Below, piece by piece: positions 19,088 to 30,497 of a DNA stretch of 64,000 nucleotides (its first letter is position 1; every line of letters begins with the position of its first letter). The stretch covers positions 3,968,001 through 4,032,000 of the forward strand of contig CAXXLX010000001.1 of assembly GCA_963665235.2 (NCBI GenBank). The letters run 5' to 3'. The DNA comes from Candidatus Poribacteria bacterium (lineage in GTDB: Bacteria > Poribacteria > WGA-4E > WGA-3G). Both the position numbers and the translations under genes were made by a program. The notes beneath the pieces are model-generated. The model worked only from the letters and a program-made list of their open reading frames with translations. It was not told the origin of the DNA and searched no databases.

Positions 19088-20488
19088 TCAAAATTTTTTG
19101 AGAAAAATATCCCCGCTGTCCCGGTGATTGTTGCTCCACACAACGACTTTCTGCCCATTTCCGATGGATACGACACATGGCGGAAAATGTTCCCCCTTGC
19201 TTGCAGAAACAACTACACCGTTTTCTTCTAGCGATAACGTTCCCGATACATCGATTTGCTGTCCGTAGATTGCATTTGTGCTCTGTTCTGCGAAGTCATC
19301 TCGGTAATCTAACCATGTGACGAAAAATCGCTCTTTTTGGGTTTGGACAATAAAAGGTTTATCCTGATGCCCCCCGGCGACGCAAAGCGGTATGCCATCT
19401 TTTTCCCAGGCGGGTGTGCCGTTAGCACGGATGCGCTGGGCGTAGAGGTCGGAATAGATGTCGCGTTCGTCTCGCCAGACAGCGATGAATCCGCCAGTGC
19501 CATCGTTGACGATAGCTGCGTGTTTCTGAATGCCCGATGCGGTACATAACGGGACACCCTCTTCCTGCCACATCGGTGTGCCGTCGGGGTTTATCCGTTG
19601 TGTATAGAGTTGGTCGTTAATGAAGTCTTCATAAATTTGCCATACGACAATAAGTCCGCCTTTGCTATCAGCAACAGCGCGGGGTTCACCCTGCATGCCT
19701 ACGGCTGGCGAGACAAGCCGTGGTGCGTCCCACAACGGTTCTCCCGATAGACTAAGTCTATATACCATGATGTGCCATTCGGTATATCCGATAACGTCCC
19801 ACCAAACGATGTAGAATCCGCCTACGCCATCGGAAACGAGAATTGGGGTGCTCTGCAACGTTTCTGAAGGAAAGACAGGAACACCGTCCGGTTCCCACAT
19901 AGGTTTCCCTTCGGCATTGATTCGTTGCATATAGAGGTCTTGGAATTTACTGCTTCGGCGTTCATCCTCCCAAACAATGAGCGCGCCCCCTACGCCATCG
20001 CTTAGGATAGCCTGTACGGATTGGTGAGCGGGGTTCGTGCAGATAGGAATTCCATCCGCTTCCCAAAGGATTTCACCTTTGAGGTTTACGGCTTGGGCGT
20101 AGACATCCCAGTTAGTTATAGCGCGTCTGTCGTCCCAAACCACAATCGCGTGTGTCCCGTGCCGCATCATCCGCACCCGTCTTTGATTCCCAGCGGCTGT
20201 AGATATTGGCAACCCATCCGCTTCCCACTTAATTTCCCCGGTGTTATCAACGTGTTGTGCATAAACGTCCCAATCCTTCCCCGTGCGATAGTCTGACCAC
20301 ATCACGATAACGCCGCCTTCGCCATCAGCCACACACACTGGAAAGAGCTGTCCATCCGCAGCGGTAGAGACAGCGATTTCTGCGGCGGCGGTCGCGCCTT
20401 GCAGCAGTACGACTGTGCAGACAAGGACGAGAAGGAGTGATGTTTGCAACAACCGCCTTAGTCGGTAAAAAGTGTTTTGGGTGTCCAT
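19088..20488 (-). CDS. Secreted repeat protein (~7 'DGxGGxIVVWxDxR...DIYAQRI' modules, probable beta-propeller)
   Basis: Hydrophobic N-terminus; ~55-60 aa repeats; start codon uncertain. Confidence 0.75.
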   Translation of the reverse strand: MDTQNTFYRLRRLLQTSLLLVLVCTVVLLQGATAAAEIAVSTAADGQLFPVCVADGEGGVIVMWSDYRTGKDWDVYAQHVDNTGEIKWEADGLPISTAAGNQRRVRMMRHGTHAIVVWDDRRAITNWDVYAQAVNLKGEILWEADGIPICTNPAHQSVQAILSDGVGGALIVWEDERRSSKFQDLYMQRINAEGKPMWEPDGVPVFPSETLQSTPILVSDGVGGFYIVWWDVIGYTEWHIMVYRLSLSGEPLWDAPRLVSPAVGMQGEPRAVADSKGGLIVVWQIYEDFINDQLYTQRINPDGTPMWQEEGVPLCTASGIQKHAAIVNDGTGGFIAVWRDERDIYSDLYAQRIRANGTPAWEKDGIPLCVAGGHQDKPFIVQTQKERFFVTWLDYRDDFAEQSTNAIYGQQIDVSGTLSLEENGVVVSASKGEHFPPCVVSIGNGQKVVVWSNNHRDSGDIFLKKF

Positions 20489-20958
20489 AAATTGACTAAT
20501 TTTCCTTCTGTATATATCGGATGGAGCATTTCCCACTGTTGGATAGGGAGTTCAATATGGGCAAGTGCTGCTGTCGGCATCCGTTCGCGCTGTTTTGCCA
20601 TAAAACGCACCAGGTTTTCCATCGTGGGGTTATGCCCAACTACCATGACGCGCTGATAGGTGTCCGGCAATGCCCTCAATTTGTGAACATAGTCGGATGG
20701 GCTTGCGCCATAAAAGCTCTCTAGTTTTTCTATTTCTCCTGTGTAACCGCAAGCCTTTGCAACCTTGCTCGCGGTTTTTCTTGCACGCTTCGCTGCAGAG
20801 GTGAGAATAAGCTCCGGAATTAACCCCTGTTGCTTCAGATGTTTGCCCATGCGGGGTGCATCTCGTTTACCGCGTTTATTGAGGGGCCGGTCGTAGTCGA
20901 AAAGTTCGGGATGGTCCCAGCTAGATTTAGCGTGGCGCAAAACGAGAACCGTTTTCAT
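20458..20958 (-). CDS. sixA: Histidine phosphatase, SixA-like
   Basis: LRHAKSSW, DRPL, VVGHNP. Confidence 0.85.
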   Translation of the reverse strand: MKTVLVLRHAKSSWDHPELFDYDRPLNKRGKRDAPRMGKHLKQQGLIPELILTSAAKRARKTASKVAKACGYTGEIEKLESFYGASPSDYVHKLRALPDTYQRVMVVGHNPTMENLVRFMAKQRERMPTAALAHIELPIQQWEMLHPIYTEGKLVNLWTPKTLFTD

Positions 20959-20969
20959 TTAATTCCCTC

Positions 20970-21980
20970 CTAAAGTTGTGTCCAATCCATGATAACGCCT
21001 AAGTATTTATCCTTCTGGTCGGTCAAACCGTCGTAAGCCGTCTGTGCATCTTCGGGATTTATGACGTGCGTTAGCAATTCCTGAACCCTGAATTTGCCAT
21101 CCTTGATGAGGGAATAGACTATCTGTGAGTTCCGTTCGAGGGAATGTTTGGATTCACCGGTGTGCATTGTCGGATAGACCCATTCGTGCGCGCTTCGGAG
21201 TGTAATCGCGCCTAAACCTATGAGGTGGCTGTAGTTCAAAAGTGCAGTGGCATTCGTGATATACTCCCCGCGCGGCGACCCAAGCAGGATAACTTCCCCT
21301 TTGGTACGTGTCAACTGATACGCCATTTCAACGAGACGCGGGTTGCCGATGGCTTCAACGGTGACCTCCGCTTTCTGTCCGTTTGTTAGGGCTTTCACAC
21401 GTTCCAGGACATCCTCCTCATCAGGATTAATCAGATGTTGAATGCCGCACTGCCGTGCAATTTCTAACCGTTCGGGTACCCGTTCAACGCTAATGACCTT
21501 CATGCCTGCAAGGTTGAAAAGCTGCGATGCTGAGTTGCCGACTAATCCGAGACCGATGATGACGGCGGTATCCCCAAATTCTGCCGAGGATACACGCAAG
21601 GAGGTCATTGCGACCGTTGCCATCCGGACGAACGGTATCAGTTTCGCATCTATTTCCAACGGCGGTTTGAACGCAAGCATCACTGCGGCGGTTTTGATGA
21701 CAGAGGCGTGGGAACTATAGCAGAATGCGAAATCCCCTACAGCGCATTTGGTGACCTGCTCCCCCACTTTGAGCACTTCACCGATAGCTGTATAACCGGA
21801 ACCGTGCGGAAACCGAGCCCCGCTGTCCAAACCGGTATATCCTGCCCCTTCGGTACCGGGACTGATTAGACTGTAATGCGTTTTGAGTAAAATTTGGTTG
21901 GGTGCCAACGTTTCGTCAAGTTCAAAATCCTCAAGCACTGCTGAACGTTTGGCTGGCATGATAATCTGTTTTGCCTTCAT
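20970..21980 (-). CDS. MDR-family (zinc-type) alcohol dehydrogenase
   Basis: SLISPGTE, GLGLVG Rossmann motif. Confidence 0.85.
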   Translation of the reverse strand: MKAKQIIMPAKRSAVLEDFELDETLAPNQILLKTHYSLISPGTEGAGYTGLDSGARFPHGSGYTAIGEVLKVGEQVTKCAVGDFAFCYSSHASVIKTAAVMLAFKPPLEIDAKLIPFVRMATVAMTSLRVSSAEFGDTAVIIGLGLVGNSASQLFNLAGMKVISVERVPERLEIARQCGIQHLINPDEEDVLERVKALTNGQKAEVTVEAIGNPRLVEMAYQLTRTKGEVILLGSPRGEYITNATALLNYSHLIGLGAITLRSAHEWVYPTMHTGESKHSLERNSQIVYSLIKDGKFRVQELLTHVINPEDAQTAYDGLTDQKDKYLGVIMDWTQL

Positions 21981-22063
21981 TAGGGTTGCTCCTTTTTGTA
22001 ATGCTGCTTTTCATGATAGCACATTTCAAAAATTGAAGCAAGGGAAAATTGGATGTGTAAAGT

Positions 22064-22156
22064 TTCCAATCTTCCACCCTTCCACCCTTCCAATCTTCCA
22101 CCCTTCCACCCTTCCACCCTTCCAATCTTCCACCCTTCCACCCTTCCACCCTTCCA
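22064..22156. repeat. 8-bp tandem tract (TTCCACCC/TTCCAATC) x ~11.5
   Basis: Direct reading; shorter copies at ~7280, ~33600-33630, ~59602-59625 and ~60548-60580. Confidence 0.95.
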
Positions 22157-22173
22157 TTTTATTTCTTTTTTTC

Positions 22174-22202
22174 TTGACATTTTTTCCTAGGCATGTTATA
22201 AT
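22174..22202 (+). promoter_or_regulatory. Consensus sigma70 promoter of the restriction-modification operon
   Basis: TTGACA-17bp-TATAAT with extended -10 TG. Confidence 0.8.
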
Positions 22203-22302
22203 TTTCACGCTAACGCAGCATAAGGGTTGATGAAGAGTCTAATCAAACGTAAACTTTAAATTGGAGACCACTAGACAAACTCCATTTCCGAGGCAACTTT
22301 TG

Positions 22303-25011
22303 ATGAAACACCTGTTCGAAAAACTACGTGACGACACACTAAACTGGCGGAAAGCGGGATATCCCTGTCCAGATTATCCCCTCATCGGTGAGGTGCTGCG
22401 TTATCAGTTTGAAGGTGAAGCAAATGAACGTCTCCATCTCAAATATCTCCGCGAACCGCAATTCCAATCGCTGGAACTCTATTGGTTTTTGAGGCTGGTG
22501 CTGAAAACACCGCACATTGTCGACCTCTACAAATACTACTACGATACCGGCGATATCCGAGATTTCTGCGAGGCATTTGGCATCCCAATCTCTCCTGACG
22601 AACTGATATTTATTAAGGATGTTGACACGATTATTGATTCGGTAGAAAATAATTCGGAATTCGTCAAACGGAAACGGCTCGACCCGGTTCACGAGGCTGT
22701 AACGCTCCCGTACCCTAGCTACATCTTCGCACTTGCGATGGGCACCGGCAAAACTGTTCTCATCGGCATCATTATTGCCACCGAATTCGCCATGGCACTC
22801 CGATATCCCGAAGGCAACTTCATGAAAAACGCCCTCGTCTTCGCCCCCGGTACGACCATTATCGAGAGTCTACGTGAAATCAGTGAAATCCCTTTCGAGC
22901 AGGTGCTACCGCCGAGTTTACACCGCGATTTCCTTGCTAATCTCAAGCTAACCTATCCACAGAGCGGGTCAAAAGACATTCAGGTCCAGCGAGGCAGCGC
23001 GTACAATGTCATTGTGACGAACACGGAGAAAATTAGTCTCCGCGCTAACGTAAGGCGGCGGAAAAATCAAGCACAGATGGAGTTTGAGGAGAAGCGGGAG
23101 CAAGCAGAATTAGAGGCGAATCTGCGTCTCCAAAAGATTACGAGCCTGCCGAATTTGGGGGTCTTTTCAGACGAGGCACACCATACCTACGGAAATAGAA
23201 TGGACAGAGAACTCAAGCGGGTGCGGGAAACGGTCAACTATATCAATAAGGAAACTGAACTTGTTGCTGTTATCAATACCACCGGTACCCCGTATTACAA
23301 ACGGCAGATGCTCCGAGAAGTTGTCGCATGGTATAGCCTCGGTGAGGGGATTAAGGACAACATTCTCAAAAGTCTTAAAAACGGCATTGTGCAGTACCCT
23401 ATCGGAACGATTCCTGATGAAGACGTAATGTGTAACGTTATCAACGATTTTTTTGAGCACTACGGGGATGTATCACTGCCGGATGGTGCCAAAGCGAAAA
23501 TCGCCTTCTATTTTAAGACACAAGAACATTTGGATACCTCCCATCAGCACATTCAAAGCGCATTGGCAGAAATCGGAGAGAGCCCTACCCAAATACTAGT
23601 CAATACCCAGAAATCAAGCACACACGAAATCGATGAATTTAAACGACTTAACAATCCTGACAGCCAGAAACGTGTTATTCTGCTCATCGGTAAAGGGACA
23701 GAGGGATGGAATTGTCCAAGTCTATTCGCTTGCGCGCTTATCAAGGAGCAGACAACGAGTAGTAATTTCATCTTGCAAGCCTCAACGCGATGCTTGCGTC
23801 AAGTAGCAGGCAATACGCATCCCGCCAGAATCTTTCTGGACACAAAGAACAGCAACATTTTAGATAAGGAATTACAGGAAAACTTCGGGACGACACTCGG
23901 TGAACTCCGTACACAAGATACGGAAACGGTGGATGTTGTGATTCGCATCCGCAAGACAGAGCTGCCTAAACTTGGGATTTCTCGGTTAGTCCGCAGAGTC
24001 ATCTGGGCAGAAAAAACAATTACCAATCTTCAGTTAACCCTGCCTGTTGATGAGATAGAAACCTCCAGGGTTTTCCGTAGCATCCTGACCCCCGATTTCA
24101 CACGAAAAGGGACAACCTCTCCACTTACGGGTGTCGGAGAGATGGACGAAGTAGAAATTATTAATCGGACTACCGATTGCTATACCTTAGCAAAGCGGCT
24201 TGCCCGAAACTATCATCTCCCGTTTCTGGACACGATTAAAACCCTAAAACGCCTCTATCCAGAAGGCGAAGTTCCGAACAAACACCTCACGCCATTATAT
24301 CAACAGGTGGACGAACAGTTGAAAAACTATACGGAGATTGAAGAACAGGTGACAGAGGCGCTCGCGCTTATTCACGTCCACGATGACGAAGGCAACCCGC
24401 TTTTTGAAAAAGATGACGATGGGCACTACATTCACCAATTGCGGGTGCTCAAGCGGACTGCTGAACGTATGAGGGACCATCAGCTGTTCTTTGGTGAGGA
24501 GAACTTGGAAGACACGCGCGATATCAGTTTTCACTACGCCCCCTATAACTTCGACACCAGGCCCGAACGGGAGTTTTTTGAGCGGATTTTGGCGACACTC
24601 AATATGTCTGTGGACGACATAGAGATATTTCTATTTACCGGCGGCTTGACGGACCCTAAGAAAACGGATTTTCACTTTGAGTATAAGGGTGTTGATGGAA
24701 ACTATCACCGCTATTTCCCAGACTTTGTGATTGTCAAGAAAACAGGGGAATTCTACATCGTCGAAATAAAATCTGAGGGAGAACGCACAGACCCGACGGT
24801 TGAGGCCAAACGAAAAGCAGTAGAACATTTGAAGCAGTTGCAACCCGACGCTCGCTTTGACTATAACGTTATCTATAGCACGGATGCGCCCCTCCAAGAG
24901 AATGCTGATCTGAACGCTGTCGTCGCATGGATTCGCAAAGATGGGACCTTACAAACCAAAATCTATGAAAGTCCCTTACGAGAGGAAGATAATGAAAATA
25001 ACGCCAGTTAA
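22303..25011 (+). CDS. Type III restriction-like Res subunit (SF2 helicase plus C-terminal PD-(D/E)XK nuclease)
   Basis: AMGTGKT, SDEAHH, TGTP, GTEGWN, YFPDFVI...IVEIKS. Confidence 0.85.
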   Translation: MKHLFEKLRDDTLNWRKAGYPCPDYPLIGEVLRYQFEGEANERLHLKYLREPQFQSLELYWFLRLVLKTPHIVDLYKYYYDTGDIRDFCEAFGIPISPDELIFIKDVDTIIDSVENNSEFVKRKRLDPVHEAVTLPYPSYIFALAMGTGKTVLIGIIIATEFAMALRYPEGNFMKNALVFAPGTTIIESLREISEIPFEQVLPPSLHRDFLANLKLTYPQSGSKDIQVQRGSAYNVIVTNTEKISLRANVRRRKNQAQMEFEEKREQAELEANLRLQKITSLPNLGVFSDEAHHTYGNRMDRELKRVRETVNYINKETELVAVINTTGTPYYKRQMLREVVAWYSLGEGIKDNILKSLKNGIVQYPIGTIPDEDVMCNVINDFFEHYGDVSLPDGAKAKIAFYFKTQEHLDTSHQHIQSALAEIGESPTQILVNTQKSSTHEIDEFKRLNNPDSQKRVILLIGKGTEGWNCPSLFACALIKEQTTSSNFILQASTRCLRQVAGNTHPARIFLDTKNSNILDKELQENFGTTLGELRTQDTETVDVVIRIRKTELPKLGISRLVRRVIWAEKTITNLQLTLPVDEIETSRVFRSILTPDFTRKGTTSPLTGVGEMDEVEIINRTTDCYTLAKRLARNYHLPFLDTIKTLKRLYPEGEVPNKHLTPLYQQVDEQLKNYTEIEEQVTEALALIHVHDDEGNPLFEKDDDGHYIHQLRVLKRTAERMRDHQLFFGEENLEDTRDISFHYAPYNFDTRPEREFFERILATLNMSVDDIEIFLFTGGLTDPKKTDFHFEYKGVDGNYHRYFPDFVIVKKTGEFYIVEIKSEGERTDPTVEAKRKAVEHLKQLQPDARFDYNVIYSTDAPLQENADLNAVVAWIRKDGTLQTKIYESPLREEDNENNAS

Positions 25012-26722
25012 AGGGAGACCGATGCTGCATTGGGTCGGCAAACACCCGATTGACCACGTTGACTATTATCCCGCACAGTTGGTGGAAAGTTGTAACGTAG
25101 AAAATCCCGCACCTGAACCGACATATCAGGATTTTAAGTCCGGCCCAAACCTCCTTTTTCAGGGGGACAACAAAGAGATTCTCTCTACACTGTTAGTGAA
25201 GGGGTTCCGAGGTAAGGTAGACCTCATCTACATCGACCCGCCATTTGCCAGCGGTGCAGATTATGTACGGAAAGTCGCATTACGCGGTAAAAAAGAGAAA
25301 CTTGAGGCGGAAGGCCACTCTGTTATAGAACAGACACAATATACGGACATCTGGGCAAATGATACCTACCTCCAATTCATGTATGAACGACTTATTTTAA
25401 TGCGGGAACTGCTGTCAAATGAGGGTTCTATCTACCTCCACTGCGATCCAACTATGAGTCATTATTTGAAGTTAGTTATGGATGAGGTGTTCGGAGTGAG
25501 TCAGTTTAGAAATGAGTTAATTTGGGGGTACAAAGCGAGTAATAGTCCGATAAAAAACATGTTTCCGCGTAAACATGACGTGCTTTTGTTCTATTCTGGA
25601 ACTGACGCAGTTTTTAATCCACAGTACACCCCACTTTCAGAAGAAAGCCTTAAAAATGCTTATCGTTATACAGACAAAGATGGTAGGTTATACCGTAAAC
25701 ATTCAGATAGAGCCGATGGTTCCGAACGCCGAATATACTTGGATGAAGCTAAAGGTGTACCTGTCCTTTCGTGGTGGACAGACATAATAGGATTCGGTAC
25801 CGCAACACAATCTAAAGAACGTGTAGGCTTTCCAACCCAAAAACCTGAGGCTCTTGTAGAACGTATCCTCAAAGCCTCAAGCAACGAAGATTCTATCGTC
25901 CTCGACTGCTTTGCGGGAAGCGGGACCACTGCTGTTGTCGCCGAAAAACTCGGCAGACGTTGGATTGCTGCCGATATTAACAAAGGCGCAATTCAGACAA
26001 CAATAAAACGAATACAGACGAGCATTGACGAACCGCGTGGTGTTGCACACTACCGCGTCAATAACTACGATGCCAATACCGATTTGGAGTTCAGACCGAT
26101 TGTCATCAAAAAATACGGCGTGCAAACCGATAGAAAAGACCTTTTCTTTGATGGCACTCTCGACGGGACGCTTGTTAAAATCGTCGATTTATCGAAACCC
26201 TTCACCCGTCTGGATGTCCAACTCATTAGGGACGAACTTGACAGCCGACCGGATGAGGAGCGCGATATCACCGTCCTGTGCAACGGGAGTGAAGTGGGCA
26301 TTCAGGAAGAACTCCAAGCAGAAAACCGTCGGCATCTGATTAACAAAATCAGAGTGCATGATGTCCATGCGGAAGGGGTTGCTACCTTTGAACCTGCCCA
26401 AGCAGAGGTTGACTTCAAAAGAGAGGGGGACACCGTCAAGATTACCATCACCGAGTATATCAGCCCCACCATCTTGTATCGGTTGGACATAGAACGCACT
26501 ATGTTTGACGAGCATATTGAGGATTTTCGCGCACAAATCGATTGTGTCCTGATTGATACCGACTATACAAGCGAACATTTCACAATCGTTGAGAGCGATG
26601 TGCCAGAGAAAAAAACCGATTTCATTGCGGGAGAATACACAGTCTCGCTACCGCACCTGAATGCCCGCGTGGCCGTGAAGATTATTGACATGCTCGGGGA
26701 GGAAACCGTTGTTACGGGATAA
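24992..26722 (+). CDS. Type III-like Mod DNA adenine methyltransferase (beta class)
   Basis: YIDPPF precedes FPTQKPE and DCFAGSGTT; overlaps the end of res. Confidence 0.9.
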   Translation: MKITPVKGRPMLHWVGKHPIDHVDYYPAQLVESCNVENPAPEPTYQDFKSGPNLLFQGDNKEILSTLLVKGFRGKVDLIYIDPPFASGADYVRKVALRGKKEKLEAEGHSVIEQTQYTDIWANDTYLQFMYERLILMRELLSNEGSIYLHCDPTMSHYLKLVMDEVFGVSQFRNELIWGYKASNSPIKNMFPRKHDVLLFYSGTDAVFNPQYTPLSEESLKNAYRYTDKDGRLYRKHSDRADGSERRIYLDEAKGVPVLSWWTDIIGFGTATQSKERVGFPTQKPEALVERILKASSNEDSIVLDCFAGSGTTAVVAEKLGRRWIAADINKGAIQTTIKRIQTSIDEPRGVAHYRVNNYDANTDLEFRPIVIKKYGVQTDRKDLFFDGTLDGTLVKIVDLSKPFTRLDVQLIRDELDSRPDEERDITVLCNGSEVGIQEELQAENRRHLINKIRVHDVHAEGVATFEPAQAEVDFKREGDTVKITITEYISPTILYRLDIERTMFDEHIEDFRAQIDCVLIDTDYTSEHFTIVESDVPEKKTDFIAGEYTVSLPHLNARVAVKIIDMLGEETVVTG

Positions 26723-26848
26723 TGCTAATAGGACTTATAGGCATGAATGCTGCACAGAGAGTCCTGCAAAAGATTGACTTTTTGTCAAAAGTACCTTATA
26801 CTTAAAAACACTAATGTTAGGACAACTCACACAAAAAGGAGCAAGGAT

Positions 26849-27152
26849 ATGGCAGTTGTTAAGATTCTTGAACATGGACAGATAACCCTACCTAAGCAAA
26901 TCCGAGAGAGCTTAGGCCTCAGGAAGGGGGATGTCGTGGATGCACGGCTGGAGGGGTGATTGTGTCATGATCACGCCCAGGAAATCAGTGACATCCGAGG
27001 ACTGGGAGAAACTTTTGCAGGTCATGAATAGCGTCCACGAACAAAATAGAGGTATTAGCGAAGAAGAAATCTATCAAGATGTTGAACGCGCAGTTGCCGA
27101 ACTTCGACAGGCGGAATATGACAAACAGAAGAAAACTGCATGTTGTACTTGA
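26849..27152 (+). pseudogene. AbrB/MazE-type antitoxin with a frameshift in a G run
   Basis: MAVVKILEHGQITLPKQIRESLGLRKGD...LEG* continues DCVMITPRK...RAVAELR in another frame at gaggggtgat (~26951-26960). Confidence 0.75.
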
Positions 27153-27192
27153 CAGTGTTGTTGCCGTGAGTGCTTTTTTGACGGGTGTGTAA
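27118..27192 (+). pseudogene. N-terminal stub of a PIN-domain toxin, truncated at a family A TIR
   Basis: MTNRRKLHVVLDSVVAVSAFL (PIN beta1 motif), then GGGTGTGTAAAGTTTTTG at 27183. Confidence 0.65.
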
Positions 27193-27380
27193 AGTTTTTG
27201 CCCCCCCACTCAGCAAAAAAGTTTGCCAAATTTTGTCAAATTGTGTTACACTAATTGAACAGAGTAAAATCCGACAATGGCCGTTGACTATTGGAAACCG
27301 TTGATAAGAGAAAGAGGCCTCTGACGCACTTCAGATATGTGCTTAGAAGCACAACCCTCTTGCTAATTGCTAATCGCCAA

Positions 27381-28283
27381 TTAGGTATAAGCGCGGCTTA
27401 GCGGTCCCATAGCAGATACAGCTTCTTCGCCAAGCTGTGCAATGAGCCAACCGCGTAAGGGAACGTCCTTGTCGGTGGGAACATAGCGTCCATTGTTTTT
27501 CACAGCATCCCCGAGCAGTTGTCGTCGAATAGGGTCGCAACGTTCATAGAGGGGTTCAACGGTCATATCGTCCTTCGGTCGAATCCATCGGTATCCGTAT
27601 CCGTAAAAGAGGGCTTTCCGTGTCAGTTGAGAGGTGTTGGGACTGCGAGAGTGCCAGAGTCGTCTGTCGAAGAGCACAGCAGTGCCGGGGGGTACGCAGA
27701 CCGGCATTGCATCTTTGGGAATATTTTTGTCAGTTTTTTCGCGTGGGTCACGGCTAATTTCCGCTTCAGGAAGGAGCACGTCCGAGAGGTGGCTGCCGGG
27801 GCGAATGTAAAAGTTGCCGCGATCCGGTTCGGAGACATCTGTGAGGAAGTATGCCACCTTCAAAGAGAGGCGCGGGCGTGGATGTGTTTCCATCTCAATA
27901 TTGACACGGCCGCTGTCTTGATGCCATTCCAGCCATCCATCTCCATCTTCTGCTTCTGGCGGCGCGGGCGGTTTGATGTGCAAGTGTGCATGGTAGAGAT
28001 AGATATTCCATCCGAGGATTCCCCAGACTTTAGGCAGTGTAGTGGAAAGATCAACGAGGTTTAAGAACACATCGTCGGTGCCTAAGAAATTCGACCATCC
28101 CCAATGATTCCCAGGCGTTGCTCTACCCTTAGCGAGTGCGTTATTGTAAATTGCATCTACGGCGGCAGTTAAACGTTCCCGTTTTTCGTCGGATAAAGCG
28201 TTCGGGACATAAAGATACCCCTGCTTTTCGAAATGGTTTCGTTCTTCATCTGTTATGAGGTGTTCAAGAGCTTCAGTGTTCAT
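27381..28283 (-). CDS. Phytanoyl-CoA dioxygenase (PhyH) family
   Basis: FEKQGYL, WHQD, PGSH, LWH facial-triad motifs. Confidence 0.9.
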   Translation of the reverse strand: MNTEALEHLITDEERNHFEKQGYLYVPNALSDEKRERLTAAVDAIYNNALAKGRATPGNHWGWSNFLGTDDVFLNLVDLSTTLPKVWGILGWNIYLYHAHLHIKPPAPPEAEDGDGWLEWHQDSGRVNIEMETHPRPRLSLKVAYFLTDVSEPDRGNFYIRPGSHLSDVLLPEAEISRDPREKTDKNIPKDAMPVCVPPGTAVLFDRRLWHSRSPNTSQLTRKALFYGYGYRWIRPKDDMTVEPLYERCDPIRRQLLGDAVKNNGRYVPTDKDVPLRGWLIAQLGEEAVSAMGPLSRAYT

Positions 28284-28285
28284 CG

Positions 28286-29122
28286 CTATGTCCTCGGCTC
28301 GTTTTTTGTGGTGCGGTCCGGTGGACTAAACCCGATGCCGCGTTTAGAGGCTTCAATAAATTGGAGTAGATATTCGACTTCGGGGTCATGCGGTAATTCT
28401 TCCCGGACCTTTTTGACAGCATGCCGTAGGGGTATGCCAGAGCGGAACAGCATTCGGAAGGCTCTCTTAAGTGCTGCAAGTGTTTCAGGTGAAAGCTGTG
28501 AAAGCGGGTTGATTTGTGAGCGATGGATACCGATTCGGTTGAGACTTCGGACACGTGCGGGTTGCCCAGCCGAAAGTGCAAACGGAGGTATATCCTGAAC
28601 GATTTTAGAGCAGCCGCCCCCCATCGCCATTTTGCCAACCCGTACAAATTGATGAAGGGCAGCATAAGCACCGAGGCGGACATCGTCTTCAATGACGACG
28701 TGTCCTGCAAGCGAGGCAAAATTCGCCATAATTGTTCTGTTACCGACAACCGTGTCATGAGCGATGTTGACCCAATTCATGAATAGGTTATCATCACCGA
28801 TGATGGTTTCCCCATCCTGATAAGTTGAGCGGGAGATGGAGACATACTCGCGGAGGGTATTTCGGTTTCCAATTCGGACGTAACTCCGTTCTCCACCGTA
28901 TTTGAGGTCTTTTGAAGGGTTTCCGAGGGAAGCCCCGAAATAGATTTGGCAGTCTTCACCAATCGTTGTCCATTTTTCAATTTGCACGTGGGGGCCAATG
29001 ACGGTATTTGCCCCGATTTGGACGTAATCTCCCACCAGAGTATAGGGCCCAATCTGAACGCCTTCCGCTATTTCGGCTTTAGGTGAGATAATTGCTGTTG
29101 GATGAATATTTGTCGTCTTCAC
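28286..29122 (-). CDS. lpxA: UDP-N-acetylglucosamine acyltransferase
   Basis: IHPTAII, hexapeptide repeats, KDLKY, IAHD, LAGHV, HQFVRVG. Confidence 0.95.
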   Translation of the reverse strand: MKTTNIHPTAIISPKAEIAEGVQIGPYTLVGDYVQIGANTVIGPHVQIEKWTTIGEDCQIYFGASLGNPSKDLKYGGERSYVRIGNRNTLREYVSISRSTYQDGETIIGDDNLFMNWVNIAHDTVVGNRTIMANFASLAGHVVIEDDVRLGAYAALHQFVRVGKMAMGGGCSKIVQDIPPFALSAGQPARVRSLNRIGIHRSQINPLSQLSPETLAALKRAFRMLFRSGIPLRHAVKKVREELPHDPEVEYLLQFIEASKRGIGFSPPDRTTKNEPRT

Positions 29123-29186
29123 GAGTGTGCCTCTACTTTCTGAATGTATTCAGCGGGTTTAGAAGTGTTTTTCCGAGTTGTTGAAT

Positions 29187-30497
29187 TTATCCGGTTTCTG
29201 TCGGAGAAAGGGCAATAGACAATTCAGCTTCAGTTGTAAGTGCGCCATCTACGTAGACCTGTCCGCTGATTCGCGCCAAAGTACTACGCCGCTGAACGAT
29301 TTCAACTTCCAATCGGAGCTGGTCTCCTGGAATGACAGTTTTCCGAAAAGTCGCTTTGTTGATAGAACGAAAATAACCGAGTTGTTCCTTCTTTCCAATT
29401 TCCTGGAGCAACAACCATGCTCCGAGTTGTGCAAGTGCTTCGACCTGGAGCACCCCCGGCATTACAGGTTTTATGGGAAAATGTCCCTCAAACACAGGTT
29501 CATTATACGTCAAGTTTTTAATACCGACAGCCCGTTTACCATTTTCATATTCAATGACCCTATCAAGTAAGCACATCGGGTGCCGATGTGGGAGGATTTT
29601 GTAAATATCTTCAGCCTCAACTGTCTGCTCTACTTGGGATTCCAATGCGGGGGATAGCTGAAGATACCCCTTCTCTTTCAGGGCCCGGACGAATTGTGCG
29701 TGAAATTTATGCCCCGTACGCATAGCAACGACCTGCGCTTTTGGAAGATGCCCGGCGAGGTAAAGGTCACCGATGAGGTCAAGGATTTTATGTCGGACAA
29801 ATTCGTCTTTAAAGCGGGGAGGCGTGCTGGTTTGTCCATCCGCTTTGACGACTACAACGTTCTCGTAGCTCGCACCTTTTCCTATGCCCATCTTTTGTAG
29901 TGCCTCAATTTCGGCTTCAAAACAGAAGCTTCGGGCTGGTGCGATTTCGTTGAGATAGGTTTCTGGTGTTAATTCCCACGTCGAAATTTGCGGGGTGGTG
30001 TTGGGGTGGTCATAGACGAATGTAATTTCAAAATTTGTAGCAGGTAGGAAAATGAGCTGTTTGTTATCCTCACAAAGCGCAAAGGGTTGGGCAAGTTCGA
30101 TAAAGCGGCGCGGTGCGTCCTGCTGCACGATGCCCACGTTCTGGATTTCCGTGGCGTACGGCAGCGCGCTGCCATCAAGTCCGGGGGGCTCCTGTGCGTT
30201 GAGTTCAATTCTTGCATTGTCTATGCCGAGTCCCCCTAATGCGGATAGCAGATGTTCAACGCTGCTAATCGTTGTCCCGTTCTGCTGTAAGCTGGTGCAT
30301 CGCGGTAGTACCTCTATCCAATTCTCTGGACAGACTTTAACCGCCGAGGTATCGGGTTGGTCAGTCCGTTGAAAAACGATGCCGGAGTCTACCGGTGCAG
30401 GTTTGATAGTGAGTACCACCGGTTCTCCCAGCATCAATCCCTTCCCGGAAATTGTAATGTCGCTTTGAATTGTTTGCTGTGAATCAAGCTTTCCCAT
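29187..30497 (-). CDS. lpxC: Bifunctional LpxC/FabZ
   Basis: VEHLLSAL, IAPARSF and RHKILDLIGDL (LpxC); LPHRHP and FEGHFP...MPGVLQVEALAQ (FabZ). Confidence 0.95.
   Translation of the reverse strand: MGKLDSQQTIQSDITISGKGLMLGEPVVLTIKPAPVDSGIVFQRTDQPDTSAVKVCPENWIEVLPRCTSLQQNGTTISSVEHLLSALGGLGIDNARIELNAQEPPGLDGSALPYATEIQNVGIVQQDAPRRFIELAQPFALCEDNKQLIFLPATNFEITFVYDHPNTTPQISTWELTPETYLNEIAPARSFCFEAEIEALQKMGIGKGASYENVVVVKADGQTSTPPRFKDEFVRHKILDLIGDLYLAGHLPKAQVVAMRTGHKFHAQFVRALKEKGYLQLSPALESQVEQTVEAEDIYKILPHRHPMCLLDRVIEYENGKRAVGIKNLTYNEPVFEGHFPIKPVMPGVLQVEALAQLGAWLLLQEIGKKEQLGYFRSINKATFRKTVIPGDQLRLEVEIVQRRSTLARISGQVYVDGALTTEAELSIALSPTETG

Noticed and set aside
21883-22230. Short ORFs with GRVEGWK/PSTLP repeats
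   Set aside because: These are translations of the 8-bp tract, open in several frames and overlapping promoters.
29187-30497. LpxC-FabZ fusion as a novelty
   Set aside because: This fusion is well known in Bacteroidota and other phyla.
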